Source: Antechinus flavipes (lineage: Eukaryota). Taken from it: a DNA stretch of 64,000 nucleotides. Made by a program: the position numbers and the translations under genes. Positions 23,991-35,700 of this stretch are shown piece by piece (the stretch's first letter is position 1; every line of letters begins with the position of its first letter). The notes beneath the pieces are model-generated. The model was not told the DNA's origin. It did not search any database and saw nothing but the letters and a program-made list of their open reading frames with translations. The stretch spans positions 63,674,001 through 63,738,000 of the forward strand of contig NC_067402.1 of assembly GCF_016432865.1 (NCBI RefSeq), in the 5' to 3' direction.

Positions 23991-24575
23991 TTTATTCTGA
24001 ACCACTAGTGTACTTCTAGAGTCTAGACTACAGTTATTTGATATATGATAGCAAAATACTCTTCTTGGAGATGGAAAAGTGAAGGAGAGATCACTGAGCC
24101 ACAATGGTCTTTGATTATGCCTTCCCTACCCTGCTAGGTGACTGGTAGATCAGGTACGACCCTCCTCTTGATTATCACAAAGAACAAAATTACAGTTTTC
24201 CCTGGAGATGGGATAGGTTTAATCCCAGATATTTATCCAAGCTAATCTGGGCCATCTGTAACTTTATATTAAATAACAACCAATCACATGTTACTTTATA
24301 TTTGTGTCATCCTAGATGTTCATATCATAACCATACTTTATCTCCAAAAGAATGGAGATCTGTGCCTTTGTAATTAAAAAAAAAATTATTCTGGATTTAC
24401 TAAATACCACATTAAAAAGGCATTTTCCTATATATAGTAGAAAAGAAAAATAGGATTGTTCATATCGCTATTATGTACACATTCCTTAAATATATTAGTT
24501 ATTTAGCTTGCAGCTTTCAAAATTGTCCAGTTTGTCTGTGCTTATTTCTGTCTTTCCTTCTGTTTCCTTCCACAA

Positions 24576-24726
24576 TTTTTTTTTTTTTTTTTGCTGAGGC
24601 AATTGGTGTTGTGACTTGCTCAGGGTCACACGGCTAGGAAGTGTTAAGTGTTTGAGACTAGATTTGAACTCAGGTCCTCCTGACTTCAGGGTTAGTGCTC
24701 TATCCACTGTGCCATCTAATTGCCCC
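24576..24726 (-). mobile_element. Full-length WSINE1
   Basis: T-tract, antisense CORE, head end CCACTGTGCCATCTAATTGCCCC; flanking repeat CCTTCCA. Confidence 0.93.
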
Positions 24727-26329
24727 CCTTCCATGAATTCTTAAAATTAAAAAAAAAATGCTTCAATGGCCACTTTTTCTTATTTTTCTTTAAAATTTTT
24801 TTTCTTCATCACATTTTCACCTTTCTCCCTTTAAAAAAAAGTCCTTGAAGCAACTATGTATAGACCAGCAAAAAAAAAAATTCTATCATTAACTGTGATT
24901 ATCACTTTTTAGTCTTTATATTCCCTACCCAGCCACCCAGGAACTCAGCAAAGTTTTTGACCTGCATAGTAGGTGCTTAATTAGTATTTGTTGAAGTTTT
25001 CTTTCAACTTCACAGGCTTCAGACACCATTCCATTGTTACCTCTCCACCATTTTACCACCAATATCTTCCCCTCCACTTCCCCCCAAACTTATATGGCAG
25101 AGGAGAGAAGCAGACACCTTCTTCTCTATTTTTCCCTCAAAAAATGATTGGAGATCCTTGAGTTTCTGGGATAAATTTAGGCAGAAATGGAACTCTTCAT
25201 TATCTAGCCACAAAAGGTCCTTCGTTTGACACACAAATTTGACACAGATTCTCTTTCAACATTGGTCTCTGAAAAGTAATTTTTCAGGTTTTCAGAATTG
25301 GGCTTTGCTCCTCCTTACTTCGTGATCCCTCAGGTCACCATCTCAGTTATTAGAAGTCTTGAAAAGCCTGGGTGGCATTTTCCTGAGAACCTGGGATGCT
25401 GGATAAAAGCTTCAGGGGTGAAGCTTTTTCCATCGCTGCCAGGGCCCCCTACAATCCCTTTTATTCTCCCAAAACCCAGATGTGTAGGAACTCTAACCAG
25501 CTCTCATTCCCACAGGCTTGGTCAAATAGCAGAAGACTCATTCTTCTTGTTGCAATGATTTCTTCATAAAGATCAAGAAAATAAGAAAAAAAATCCAATA
25601 ATTGGGTGAGAATTGACTACCACCAGCAAGAGCTACAGAGATACAAGTATGTTGTATGGCTCTGGGGACTCTCTCTGGCAAGTCTCTCCGGGTGAGCCAG
25701 ATGCTCTCCACTTCCCCAAAACTCACAAAGAAGAAGAAGAACCTTTCCTTTCCTCCTTTTAACCCTACAATTTGTTATTTTAAGCTATAATCTCTACAGT
25801 TAAGGGAATATTCCAAACAAAATGGGCCTCAGCGATTGAAATGTGTTAGCTTGCCTTCTGTTTTAAATCCTTGTCGGCAGCTGTTTATTGCTTTAAGTAA
25901 CACAAAGCAATTGCAAAGATCCCTTAATTATTTACACCTGGCAACTTAGGCTTATAAAATATCATCAAGACTAAAAAAAAAAAAAAGAAAAAAGAAAAAA
26001 GAAAAAAGAAAGAAAGCACCAATAATTCATTTGGAGGAAACTCCCAGAGTTAATCTCGGGGTCCTCCCTTTGTATCCCCATTCAAGTTACAGCAAGAAAA
26101 AGGTGTGTCTAAGACCAGGATTTCTTTGTAGATGCAAGAGAATAAACTGAAAATAGAAGCTTTTCCAGAGGCAATGGAAAGCACAGTGCTAACCACAGGA
26201 CTTAATTTCTAGACTAAAGAGTTTGATTATACTGGAATCTATGTTTCTCCTTGGATATAGGGCTGGATTGCTTCAGTCATGTGAATTGGTCTGGTTTTCA
26301 TGTCTGTAGAGAATTGAGCTGAATAGTCA

Positions 26330-26860
26330 GAAGTTGGAGGAGAGGAAGGACAAGAGAAAGAAAGGAGGGTAGAGAAAGGAAAATGAAGAAAAAGAGAAGA
26401 AGAAAAAGGAAAAAGAAGGGTTAAGAAAAGGAACAGGAGGAGGAAGAGGAAAGGATGAAAAGAAGGAAAAAAGCAGGAGGAGGAAGAAGTAAAGGAAAAG
26501 AAGGGAGAGAATGAAAAAGAGGTTGAGCATCAGGAAGAAGAGAGGAACAACAAGATGAAGTGAGGAGGAAAGGGGAAAGAGAAAGAAGAAGAGATGAAGG
26601 AAAAGGAAGAGGAGAGAAGAGCTGAAGAAAGAGGAAAGGGAGGAGGAGATAAAGAAGAAGGGGGAAGAGAAAAAGAGATGGTGGAAATAGAAGAAAAGAT
26701 CTGGAGGAAGAAGAAGAGGAAAAGATGAAGAAGATAGGAAAAAAAAGTAAGAAAAGATGGAATAAGAGGAGGAGGAAAGCAGAAATAGGAAGGAATGGAG
26801 GAACAGGTAGGGGAGAAGAGAAGACCTGAAAAAAGAAGAGGAGCAGGAAGAAGTTCAGGA
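26330..26860. repeat. Polypurine (GA-rich) tract, about 530 bp
   Basis: Overwhelmingly A/G on the + strand; source of the F/L/S/P-rich minus ORFs at 26327-26925. Confidence 0.95.
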
Positions 26861-27464
26861 AGCCCATCATGGTATAATGACTTAGTGGATAGAGAACTGG
26901 CCTTAGAGTAAATCCCAGGGTTCAAATTCTGTCTGCCACATGTGAACTAGTAGATATGGGGACCCTGGATACATAGCAACCCCTCAGGCTTCCAGGTAGC
27001 TCTGCAGTAGTTGCAGAGCAGTTGCTGATCTGAATTGGTAGAACTAGGAGTGCCATATACCAATGAAATCACAGGTTCTGTTTTAAAAACAGCAGCAACA
27101 TAGTTCTCATTTCTATCACACATTAAGCTTTCTTACATCGTCATTTGATTCTCCAAATAGCCCCACGAAGAAGATGCTATTATTATCCACATCTTATAGA
27201 TGAGGAACCAGGGTGAGAGAGTCTAAGTGATTAGCCCAGAGCATCAGGGATTCCTGGGCCACAGCTAATAAGTTCTGCAACTACTGCAGAGCTACCTGGA
27301 AGCCTGAGGGGTTGCTATGTATCCAGGGTCCCCATATCTACTAGTTCACATGTGGCAGACAGAATTTGAACCCTGGAATTTACTCTAAGGTCAGTTCTCT
27401 ATCCACTAATTCATTATACCATGATGTGCTTCCTGAACCTCTTCCTGCTCCTCTTCTTCTTTCA
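26827..27464. repeat. Long inverted repeat: 191-bp arms (26827-27017, 27274-27464), 256-bp spacer
   Basis: Manual base-by-base alignment of the arms: 6 mismatches, no indels; inner 103 bp identical. Confidence 0.97.
26865..27080 (+). mobile_element. Marsupial CORE-SINE with ...ATACCAATGAAATCACAGG-type tail
   Basis: tRNA-like head GTGGATAGAGAACTGGCC...GGGTTCAAAT and tail TTGCAGAGCAGTTGCTGATCTGAATTGGTAG...CAATGAAATCACAGG; exact family uncertain. Confidence 0.6.
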
Positions 27465-27515
27465 ATATTTGAACCCAGGTTTGTTTCTGGGTCTGGCACT
27501 TTATCCACTTACTAC
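27125..27515 (-). mobile_element. MIR split in two by the right arm of the inverted duplication
   Basis: Antisense MIR ...GATGAGGAACC...CACAGCTAATAAGT stops at 27273 and resumes ATTTGAACCCAGGT...CACTTTATCCACT after 27464. Confidence 0.75.
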
Positions 27516-27646
27516 AGAGTGAAGAGTTGAAAGACCCTCCTGTCCCTAAAGTATGAGATGTATCTTTTGGAATGTCCAACTTAGACCCAAGAGAGTCATT
27601 TATAAATAGAAGGAATGTGTCTCACCTGGTTTTAAAATAAATGACT

Positions 27647-27679
<33 letters not shown>

Positions 27680-28129
27680 CAAACCAAAACCAATGATGAG
27701 GCTATTGTCTGTGATTGTGAAATTGCTGTGATACTCCAAAGCCAGACCTCCCTGGTAGAGAGATTCTTGTGAGTGTATCTAAGGCTCTAATGCCTGTTGG
27801 GTAGAATTTCCCAGACTTCCCCTCTTTGGCCCCGGAATTGAAGAGTCAGATTAAAAAACAGGCAATCTGCACCCAAAAACACAATTCAATACAGTCTTTG
27901 TAGGATGAGATCAAACAGATGAATCACACTGGAGCCCATGTAAATTTGGATACAACATACACCTTGCCAATGGAAACTGCAGGAATCTGAGATATCTGGC
28001 CAGAAGAAAAAAATCTCTAGGGCAAAATGGCTGCTTACTTGGCACTGCTCAGAGAAAGAGAGGAGGAAATTCCCTTGACTGGGTCCAGAAATCTGTCAGC
28101 CAAAATGCAGAACAGAAAGAGTTAGCCAA

Positions 28130-28290
28130 AGTTCTGGGTTCAAGCCCCAGCTTTCCCACACTAGAAAATCATTTTGCTGTTCTAAAGTCTCATTTTCTTC
28201 ATATGTAAAATGCATACATGATTATCATTATTACTGAGTTGTCATGAAGACTAAATAGTATACTATGAAATAGATTTGTCACTGCAAATT
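28130..28290 (+). mobile_element. MIR fragment
   Basis: GGGTTCAAGCCCCAGC, CTCATTTTCTTCATATGTAAAATG. Confidence 0.65.
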
Positions 28291-28404
28291 GTAACCTAAA
28301 AGCGAATTATGTTAGTCCTATTCATGGAGATCTGTGATCCAGCCTTATCTGCTCTTTTCTATTCTGTAGTCCATCTGCGGAGACTGAATGACCAGTGTGT
28401 ATTT

Positions 28405-28765
28405 ATATGTAATATATATGTGGTTGTGTATTTTATATATATGTAGATGTGTGTGTATATATAGAGAAAGAGAGAAAGAGAGAGAAAAAGAAAGAAAGAG
28501 AGAAAGAAAGAGAAAGAGAGAGAGAGACTAATTTAAGATGAGTGGGTGTTTCAATACTCTACACATGTATATGACAGCTAATTTAAACTGATTTAGACTA
28601 TTTCATATACCTTCATATATATGTACATACACACATACATATAGATATATAACTTTCATGTGTATCAGTTGGGAACTTTGGGAGGTCCATTTCCTACTTT
28701 GGAAGGGCATTAATAAGGAATTTCAACTGCACAGAATGGTATAGTAGAAAATATGTAAAATATTG

Positions 28766-28819
<54 letters not shown>

Positions 28820-28870
28820 TATTACATTTACTGTTATTACTGCTACTATCACCACCACCACTACTACTGG
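28405..28870. repeat. Cluster of (TA)/(TG)/(GAAA)/(TA)n/(CAC-TAC) simple repeats
   Basis: Direct inspection; long (TA)n at about 28768-28822. Confidence 0.85.
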
Positions 28871-28874
28871 CTAG

Positions 28875-29110
28875 CTAGAATTTTCATAGTGTTCACTATG
28901 TGCCTTTACAAATATTATCTCATTTGATCCTCACAACAACTCTGAGAAGTAGATGCTGTTATAATCACCATTTTACAGTTGAGGAAATTGAGACAAATAG
29001 CGATTAAATGACTTATTCAGAGTCACATATAGTAATTTTCTGAGGCCATTTTTGAACTCAGATCTTCCTGACTCTAGTCTCAGTGCTGTAACCACTATAC
29101 CACTTGGATG
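28875..29110 (-). mobile_element. MIR-family SINE
   Basis: TATCTCATTTGATCCTCACAACAAC, TTTTACAGTTGAGGAAATTGAG, TTTGAACTCAGATCTTCCTGACTC. Confidence 0.9.
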
Positions 29111-29859
29111 TCTTAAGAAATATATATTTATGCAAAGTCATAATTGGCCAATTACTTATCATAGTCTGTATAAATTACCTTTTTTATCCACATTATTTTT
29201 TTCAAGTATGGTTTAAATGATGTCATCTGGATTATAATAAATTTTTGTAGTGTTCCAGCATGGGTTGAAGTATCTCTATATAGGAGCATTTGGAGAACCT
29301 TGCCATCTATATGATGTTCTGCTTCTTTTTGGATTCTCTGTGGATCAATCTTTATTAAAATGGCAGACGTCACAGGTGAACATGTATTTGGCAGTTTATT
29401 GCCTTCATGATATCTTACAGTGAGTTGCTGAAGAAAATGATCTCCATATTCACATGCCATAAAACCAAGAATAATTTGAATGGGGCGTATTTTATTTGAG
29501 GGAAGTCTTTAAAATGCTATTTTTTCTGAGTTGAATGCCTCTTTAAAAATCAACAAGCACATTACTTTAAAATAATAAAGAAGTATTTTAATGTGAAACC
29601 AAAGAAGAAAAGAATTTGAAAGGAAATGCTGATTGGAATAGGTAGGATAATGACAACTGATGGCATAGAGAAGGCAAAGAAAGTTGGCCTTCTTATTTTT
29701 ATTCTTTTTTCTTTGCCAGGGAGCATAACCTGTAGTTTACGAGAAATAGAACAAAAATGACTTATTGGGAATTGATACCCAAATGATATAAAAAGAGAAA
29801 AAATAAATAAACCAATAAAATAAGATAAAAAATAAGATCCTGTAAGGAGAGCATCTTTG

Positions 29860-30830
29860 GTAAGTTCAAGTTTCTTTGATCAAGCATATATCTTCAGGCA
29901 TTGAAAGAACTAGCAAATGTTCTAGTAGATGAAGTAAGTCAATGATCTCTGAAATATTGTAAAGTACTGATTGTTACAATTTTTCTTTGCTCATACAGCA
30001 CAGTGTCTTATTTGGTGTGAGTATGCTATGCTCACTTTGCCAGTGTTTTTCCATGTCTTATAATTGATTCCTAACTGAAACTGAGGAATTAAGAGGCATA
30101 AAGAAGGGCAAATATCCCAATTTTCAAAAATTAAAGAGAATGGAGTAAACAAACTACTTCACTTTGAATTTGAAAAACATTTTGGAGTCAGAATATGTGG
30201 GTTCCACCTATGACTCTAATACTGGCTGCATGACCACAGGCAAGAAAATGTTTTACTGTCTCAGCAACTCTCTAAGACTTATAAATTACTACGGATTTGA
30301 ATCAAGAAAAGGCTTTTCCATACCAGGAGCTCCATATGTTAATGAAATCATTGGAACATGTCATTATCCTTTAAAACAAACAAATAAAATCCAAGATGGC
30401 TAAGTACAGTATATTATACTTGGGTTGCAAGTATGAATTGCACAAGTATAGGGTGGGCATGAGAGTTATCTAGAAGAAAACTTGTAATCTATTGTGAATT
30501 TAATAAAAGTAAACAGATCGATGTGAGAGCCGGGGATTGTGATTGATATATGATTGATCTCAGAATGTGCTGGAGAAATAGACTATCCAGATTGATAATC
30601 TCATTTTTCTCTGCACTAAGCAAAAACTATCCAAAGTACTGTATATAGTTAAGGGTACCACATTTTAGGGAGGACATTGATGTGTTCATAGAAGGATAAT
30701 TAGACTAATAATAGGACTTGGATTTTAATCTAAGGAAGAAAGAATATAGAGAGCATATGAATACCATCTTGAAGTACTTAATGGGCCATTATGTAGACGA
30801 ACAAGTAGTTTTATGTAGCTTAAGAAGCAA
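29860..30830 (+). mobile_element. Fragmented L3/CR1 ORF2 (with a MIR piece at about 30170-30300)
   Basis: CR1 motifs TTGAAAGAACTAGCAAATG, AAGGGCAAATATCCCAATTTTCAAAAA, CCACATTTTAGGGAGGACATTGA. Confidence 0.65.
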
Positions 30831-30835
30831 GTAGT

Positions 30836-31080
30836 ACAATGGATAGAGTGGTAAGTCTGGAGTCATGAAGACTTGAACTCAAATATGGACTCAAACATTT
30901 GCTAGCTGTGTGACCTTAAGCAAGTCACTTAACCGGTTTGCCTCAGTTTTCTCAGCTGTAAAATGAAGGCAATGATACCATCTACTTCCCAAGATTATGA
31001 ATACCAAATGGGATGTTTGTAAGGGACATAGCATACTGTTTGGCATATGATAGGCACTTAATAAATACTTGTTTCCTTCC
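30836..31080 (+). mobile_element. MIR-family SINE, near full length
   Basis: Head GGATAGAGTGGTAAGTCTGGAGTC, CORE, tail GGCATATGATAGGCACTTAATAAAT. Confidence 0.9.
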
Positions 31081-31139
31081 TCCCTCCTTCCTTCAGATAC
31101 TAAGAATAAGGAGATGGGTTTAGCTTGGCATAGTAAAAA

Positions 31140-31275
31140 ATTGTCAATGAATAGAAATAACCCCAAATGGAAGGAATGGGCTTTGTTGTAAAGCAATGAG
31201 GTTCCCGACACCAGAAGCATTTGAGCAAAGGTAAAAAGACCATCTTCTTGGAGATGTTGTGATGGACATTCCTGT
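31140..31275 (+). mobile_element. L3/CR1 3'-end fragment
   Basis: CCAGAAGCATTTGAGCAAAGG...GACCATCTTCTTGGAGATGTTG. Confidence 0.55.
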
Positions 31276-31928
31276 GCAGTTGGACCAGACAATGCTTCAA
31301 GTTCTCAAAACTACAATTCTGCACACATATCAGACAGAGGGAAAAAGCTAAAATATACCTGACCCTTCTGACAAATATTAACTCTAAACATCATCATCAA
31401 CTAATTATGTAATTCCTAGAGGATATCTTTTGTTAAGCAATCCATCCTGCTACCACAAAATATATAGTAAAAGCATCCTTGTGTGTTGATAGATGGAATG
31501 AACAATTTTCCATTCATGATTTCTTCAAGATTCAGTTAGGAAATATATGTACCAGGAGGTGAAAGATTCCAGCTGTTGAGTGATTTCACATCAGCCTTGA
31601 CAATGATGCACAGGCAACGCAGCAAAATGTCAGCCTAAGTTCTCATATTTGTGGCCATTAAAGAGCACAGAGTATTTTAAAAGGTAGAAAATGCAATGAA
31701 TATTTGCCAAAGGGAAAAAAAAGCCGAGGCTGGAAAAGTGATTAGGGGCTTTGAATTAAAGAAGAAGAAAAACAAATGGTAGATTAAGGGAGGGGGGAGG
31801 TGAAAGGAAGACACAACAGAGCAATTAAAGGAAAATGAAACAAAAGAAGGGAAGGAAAAAGAAGTTAGAAGTCCAGATTTTTTACTGTTGTAATTTATGG
31901 AAATTAGGGTGCAGGGAGGTGTTCTAGA

Positions 31929-32093
31929 GCAGTATGTTCTGGACTTCTTTGGCAATCTAGTAAAGATTATGGATCTCTTTTCAGAATAAAGTTGCAAAGG
32001 CATAAAACAAAGACATGGGATTACAAAAGTAACAAGTTATAATAAAATAGTTTTTTTAATTGAAGTTCATGAACCCTCGTTTAAGAATCCCTG
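31929..32093. mobile_element. Non-autonomous hAT-type MITE (MER5/MER20-like)
   Basis: Ends TTAAGAATCCCTG (TIR-like); related to 14945-15097. Confidence 0.55.
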
Positions 32094-32659
32094 GTCTTAA
32101 GACCAGGGTATTATTTGGTATTAAATATTAAGTTTGGAAATCATGGAACTTGAGTACTAATAAATGGTACAGAAACTGGAGAATCAGAAATAATCTTTTC
32201 TCCAAACACAGTAAAAATTTCTGAAAAAGGAACATTCACCCAGCACTGATATTCCTGAGTCCATTTAATTTTTCTCTGATTTTCCTTGAAGTTTTTTTAG
32301 TACTGTGATGGCAGATGGAAAAAATGGGAAAAATATTCAGGATCTGAGTGAGCAAGCAGATTGTAGGCTACTTAATCAATAAACACTTCTACTATTTGCT
32401 AGTCGGTTTTGGATACCCAAAGACAAAATCAAAAGAACTTTTCTTCTTAAAGAATATTTAAATGGGGAGAAAGTGTACACATATAAAATAACGATGATGG
32501 TGATGGTAAGGGTGATGCTTAGCTTTATATAGCTTTTTAAGGTTTGAAAAAATCTTAATAAACTCTGGGAGGTAGGACCTATTATGATATCCATTTTACA
32601 TTTTATTTCTTTCTCCTTTTCATACTTTTCCTCCTTACTTCTGTCCAGTCTGCTGTAGG

Positions 32660-33690
32660 CCTAAGAATGAGACCAGTTTGTGTATATGTAGCTATATGCA
32701 AAATAAATACAAACATTCAAAGTAACCTTGGAGAAGGAGAAGCCTTAGTATCTGGGGCAGGGGGTAGAAAAAGTACATAGGCCGTGATACTTTGGCTAAA
32801 TCTTAAAGGAAAGTAGAGATTCCAAGAGAGGAAGGAGACCAAGGAAGACATTTCAAGTACTGGGGACAGCCAGTGCAGTTAGAATATACTGTTTGAGCAA
32901 TAGGAATAAAGTCAACGTGGTTGAACCACAGAGAGAGCAGAGAGAATAGAGTGTACTAAGACTGGAAAGGTAAGATAGTATCATGTAAAAAAGAGCTTTA
33001 AATGGATTTTGGAAGTATTAGGGAGCCACTGGAGTTTATTAAATAGATGGGGTGAAACAGTCAGACCTGTCCTTCAGGAAAATTACTTTGGCAGCTGTGT
33101 GGATTATGCATTAAAGTGGGAAGAAACTTGTAGCAGGAGAAAGAAATTAGGATATTGTAACAGTCAATTTTTTTTGCAATAGATATTATAATTTTTGCAG
33201 TGATACTGCAAAAACTGAATTAAGGTGGTAATTATGAGTTTAAAGAGGGGAACAAATGCGAGAGATGTAGAGATAGAAGGGACAAGATTTAGCAAATAAT
33301 TGAATAAACAGATTGACTGAAAGGGAGGAGTCAATGACAGCACTGAGGTTTTAAAGCTGGGTGGCTTAAAAGGATAGTGATGTCTTTGATAGAAATGGGG
33401 AAATTCAGAAGATGGATGGGCTTGGGTGGAAATATGATGAGTTGTGTTTTGGACTTCTTGGATTTGAGATGCTTTTGGGACATTGGAAATGTCCAAGAGA
33501 CAGATAGTGATATGGGACTAGACCTCAGGAGAAAATAGTTCAGAAATAAAGATCTGAAAGACTAGATGCTTCATCATCACAGAGATGGTGATTGAACCCA
33601 TGGGAGCTGATGAGCTCACTAAGTGAAAGAATATAGAAAGAGAAGAAAAGAGGGCTCAGGACAGAGCCTGAGAGCTCTGCAGTTTGGTGG
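32660..33690 (-). mobile_element. L2 fragment, about 1 kb
   Basis: Antisense L2 motifs (GGAGCCACTGGAGTTT; GATTTGAGATGCTTTTGGGACAT; AGATGGTGATTGAACCCATGGGAGCTGATGAG). Confidence 0.85.
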
Positions 33691-33737
33691 CCTGAGGAAT
33701 GATTTGTATACCATGTGGTAGAGACACAATTTAAGAT

Positions 33738-33980
33738 TTTTTTGTTGCTGTTCAGTCATTTTCAGTCATGTCCAACTCTCTGTAACCCCATTTCGGGTCT
33801 TCTTGGCAAAGGTATCTTAGTAGTTTGCCATTTCCTTCTGCAGCTCATTTTACAGATGAGGAAACTGAGGCAGAGTTAAATGACTTGTCCAAGGTCACAC
33901 AATTAGTGTCTGAGGCCAAATTTGAACTCAGGAATATAAGTTTCTGGCTCTGCTCTTTCCATTGTGCCACTATCTACCCC
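33738..33980 (-). mobile_element. Mar1-type CORE-SINE
   Basis: TTGTTGCTGTTCAGTCATTT...TTCTTGGCAAAG...TTTGCCATTTCCTTCT tail plus CORE. Confidence 0.9.
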
Positions 33981-34653
33981 AATCAAAAGACTAAGAAAGA
34001 GTATTTTGAAAGCTGAAGTATTCATTTCTAGAAGGTAATTGTATCTGCATTGCCCATTGCCATTTTCATAAAAACCTATTAATGTTAGATTATCCTGCTA
34101 ACCATTTTATTTGATGTAAATAATAATAGATCTGGTCATTGAAGGACAAGGTTAATACTTGCTTTAACAGCTTTTCTACAGCTTTAGTAAATGAAATGCA
34201 CTTTCTGTCACCAAGTACTCCGTGGGCACTGATTAGCTTGATGACATAAATGGATCTGAATAGTGAGATATTCCTGGAATGAGACCTTGATGTACTTTTT
34301 ATAGGCTTAAAGAAGGCATATAGCATTCCTAGGGGAATAATGCCTGATGATATTTTCAAAGCCCTTCAGAGGAGCTTGATCCATCCTCAGTTCTTTCCAT
34401 CATTAAATACAGGGCATTTTCTTGGTAACTTGTCTTTCTGTGAAAGAAAGACAAAAAAGTGATCTAGCTGTGTGGATTTTAGATCTATGTGGACAACAGA
34501 ACCTCTCATTATACTGCATTCTTATTTCTCAATTTTGTGCAAAAATTGTTGATGGATTATGGATTTATATTTATAGGACCTGGCAAATACCAGTTTGCCT
34601 TTTTGGTGACCATGTGCAAGACTTTGGGCTTGGTTTCTTCATTTCTAATATGG

Positions 34654-34896
34654 GAGAAGCAGCTAGGTGGCACAGCAGGTAGAGTGCTGGACCTGAAATC
34701 ATGAATATTAATTTTCCTGAGTTCAAATCTGGCCTCAGAATAACTACTTGTGTGATCATTTCACCCTGTTTGTCTCAGTTTTCTCCTCTGTAAAATGATC
34801 TGTAGAAGAAATAGCCAACCATTCCAGGTGTCTTTGCCAAGAAAACCCCAGATAGGGTCATAAAGAGTCAGCTATAACTGAAAAGTCTGAACAACA
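34654..34896 (+). mobile_element. Mar1-type CORE-SINE
   Basis: GCAGCTAGGTGGCACAG head; TCTTTGCCAAGAAAACCCC tail. Confidence 0.9.
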
Positions 34897-35059
34897 GTGA
34901 AAAATGAGGGGAATAAGATTTACCTCTGAGGTCCCTTCTAGCTCCACATCTATATGCCTATGTGAACTGCCAGACAAATACAGACAAACAGACTTGGAAG
35001 AAAAGCTTAGACAATTATCTAGTGACAATGCTATTTATTGGAATGATCAGACCAACCAA

Positions 35060-35700
35060 AAAAAGTTCATTCTTCCCATTTTAATGAACTCTTAGAGCAT
35101 AACATATTTATACAAAAATATTTTTAGTAGCTCTTCTTTGTGATAGTTAAAAATTGGAAATCAAAGGGATGTCCATTAGTTAGGGAATGGCTAAACAAGC
35201 TGTGGTCTAAGACTGTAATGAAATATTAATGTGCTGTAAGAAATGACAAGCTGGATGATTTCAGAAAAACCTAGATAGACTTACATTAACTGATGCATAG
35301 TGAAGTGAATGGAACAAGGAGAACATTGTACACAGCAATATTGTTTGATGAAGAACCATGAATGACTTGGGTATTCACCGCAGTGGAATGATCCAAGACA
35401 ATCCCAAAGGACTAAGATGAAGTATACCATCTGTCTCCAGAAGAAGAACTGACATGGATGGAAAACAGCATGAAGAATACTATTTTTCACTTTCTTTCTG
35501 TCTTTCATTCTTTTTTCTTCTATTCAAGTCTTCTTGTACAAAATTACTAATATGGAAATTTTACATAATTGCACATGTATAATCTATATCTTATTGCTTA
35601 TTGTCTCAAGAAAGGGGGAAAGAAGGGAAAGTAAAAGGGATAGAATTTGGAATTCAAAACTTTAAAATGTTAAAAAAAATTTTAAAGAAAATAAAAAAGC
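35060..35700 (+). mobile_element. Older L1 3' end
   Basis: CCATTAGTTAGGGAATGGCTAAACAAGCTGTGG, GAAGTGAATGGAACAAGGAGAACATTG, TAGAATTTGGAATTCAAAAC and A-rich tail. Confidence 0.85.

Noticed and set aside
26327-26925. 149, 131 and 67 aa minus-strand ORFs
   Set aside because: Same artefact: the pyrimidine strand of the polypurine tract.
27649-27677. Orphan 29-nt poly(A) run as a possible retrocopy tail
   Set aside because: No TSD or recognisable upstream retro-element; treated as a simple mononucleotide repeat.
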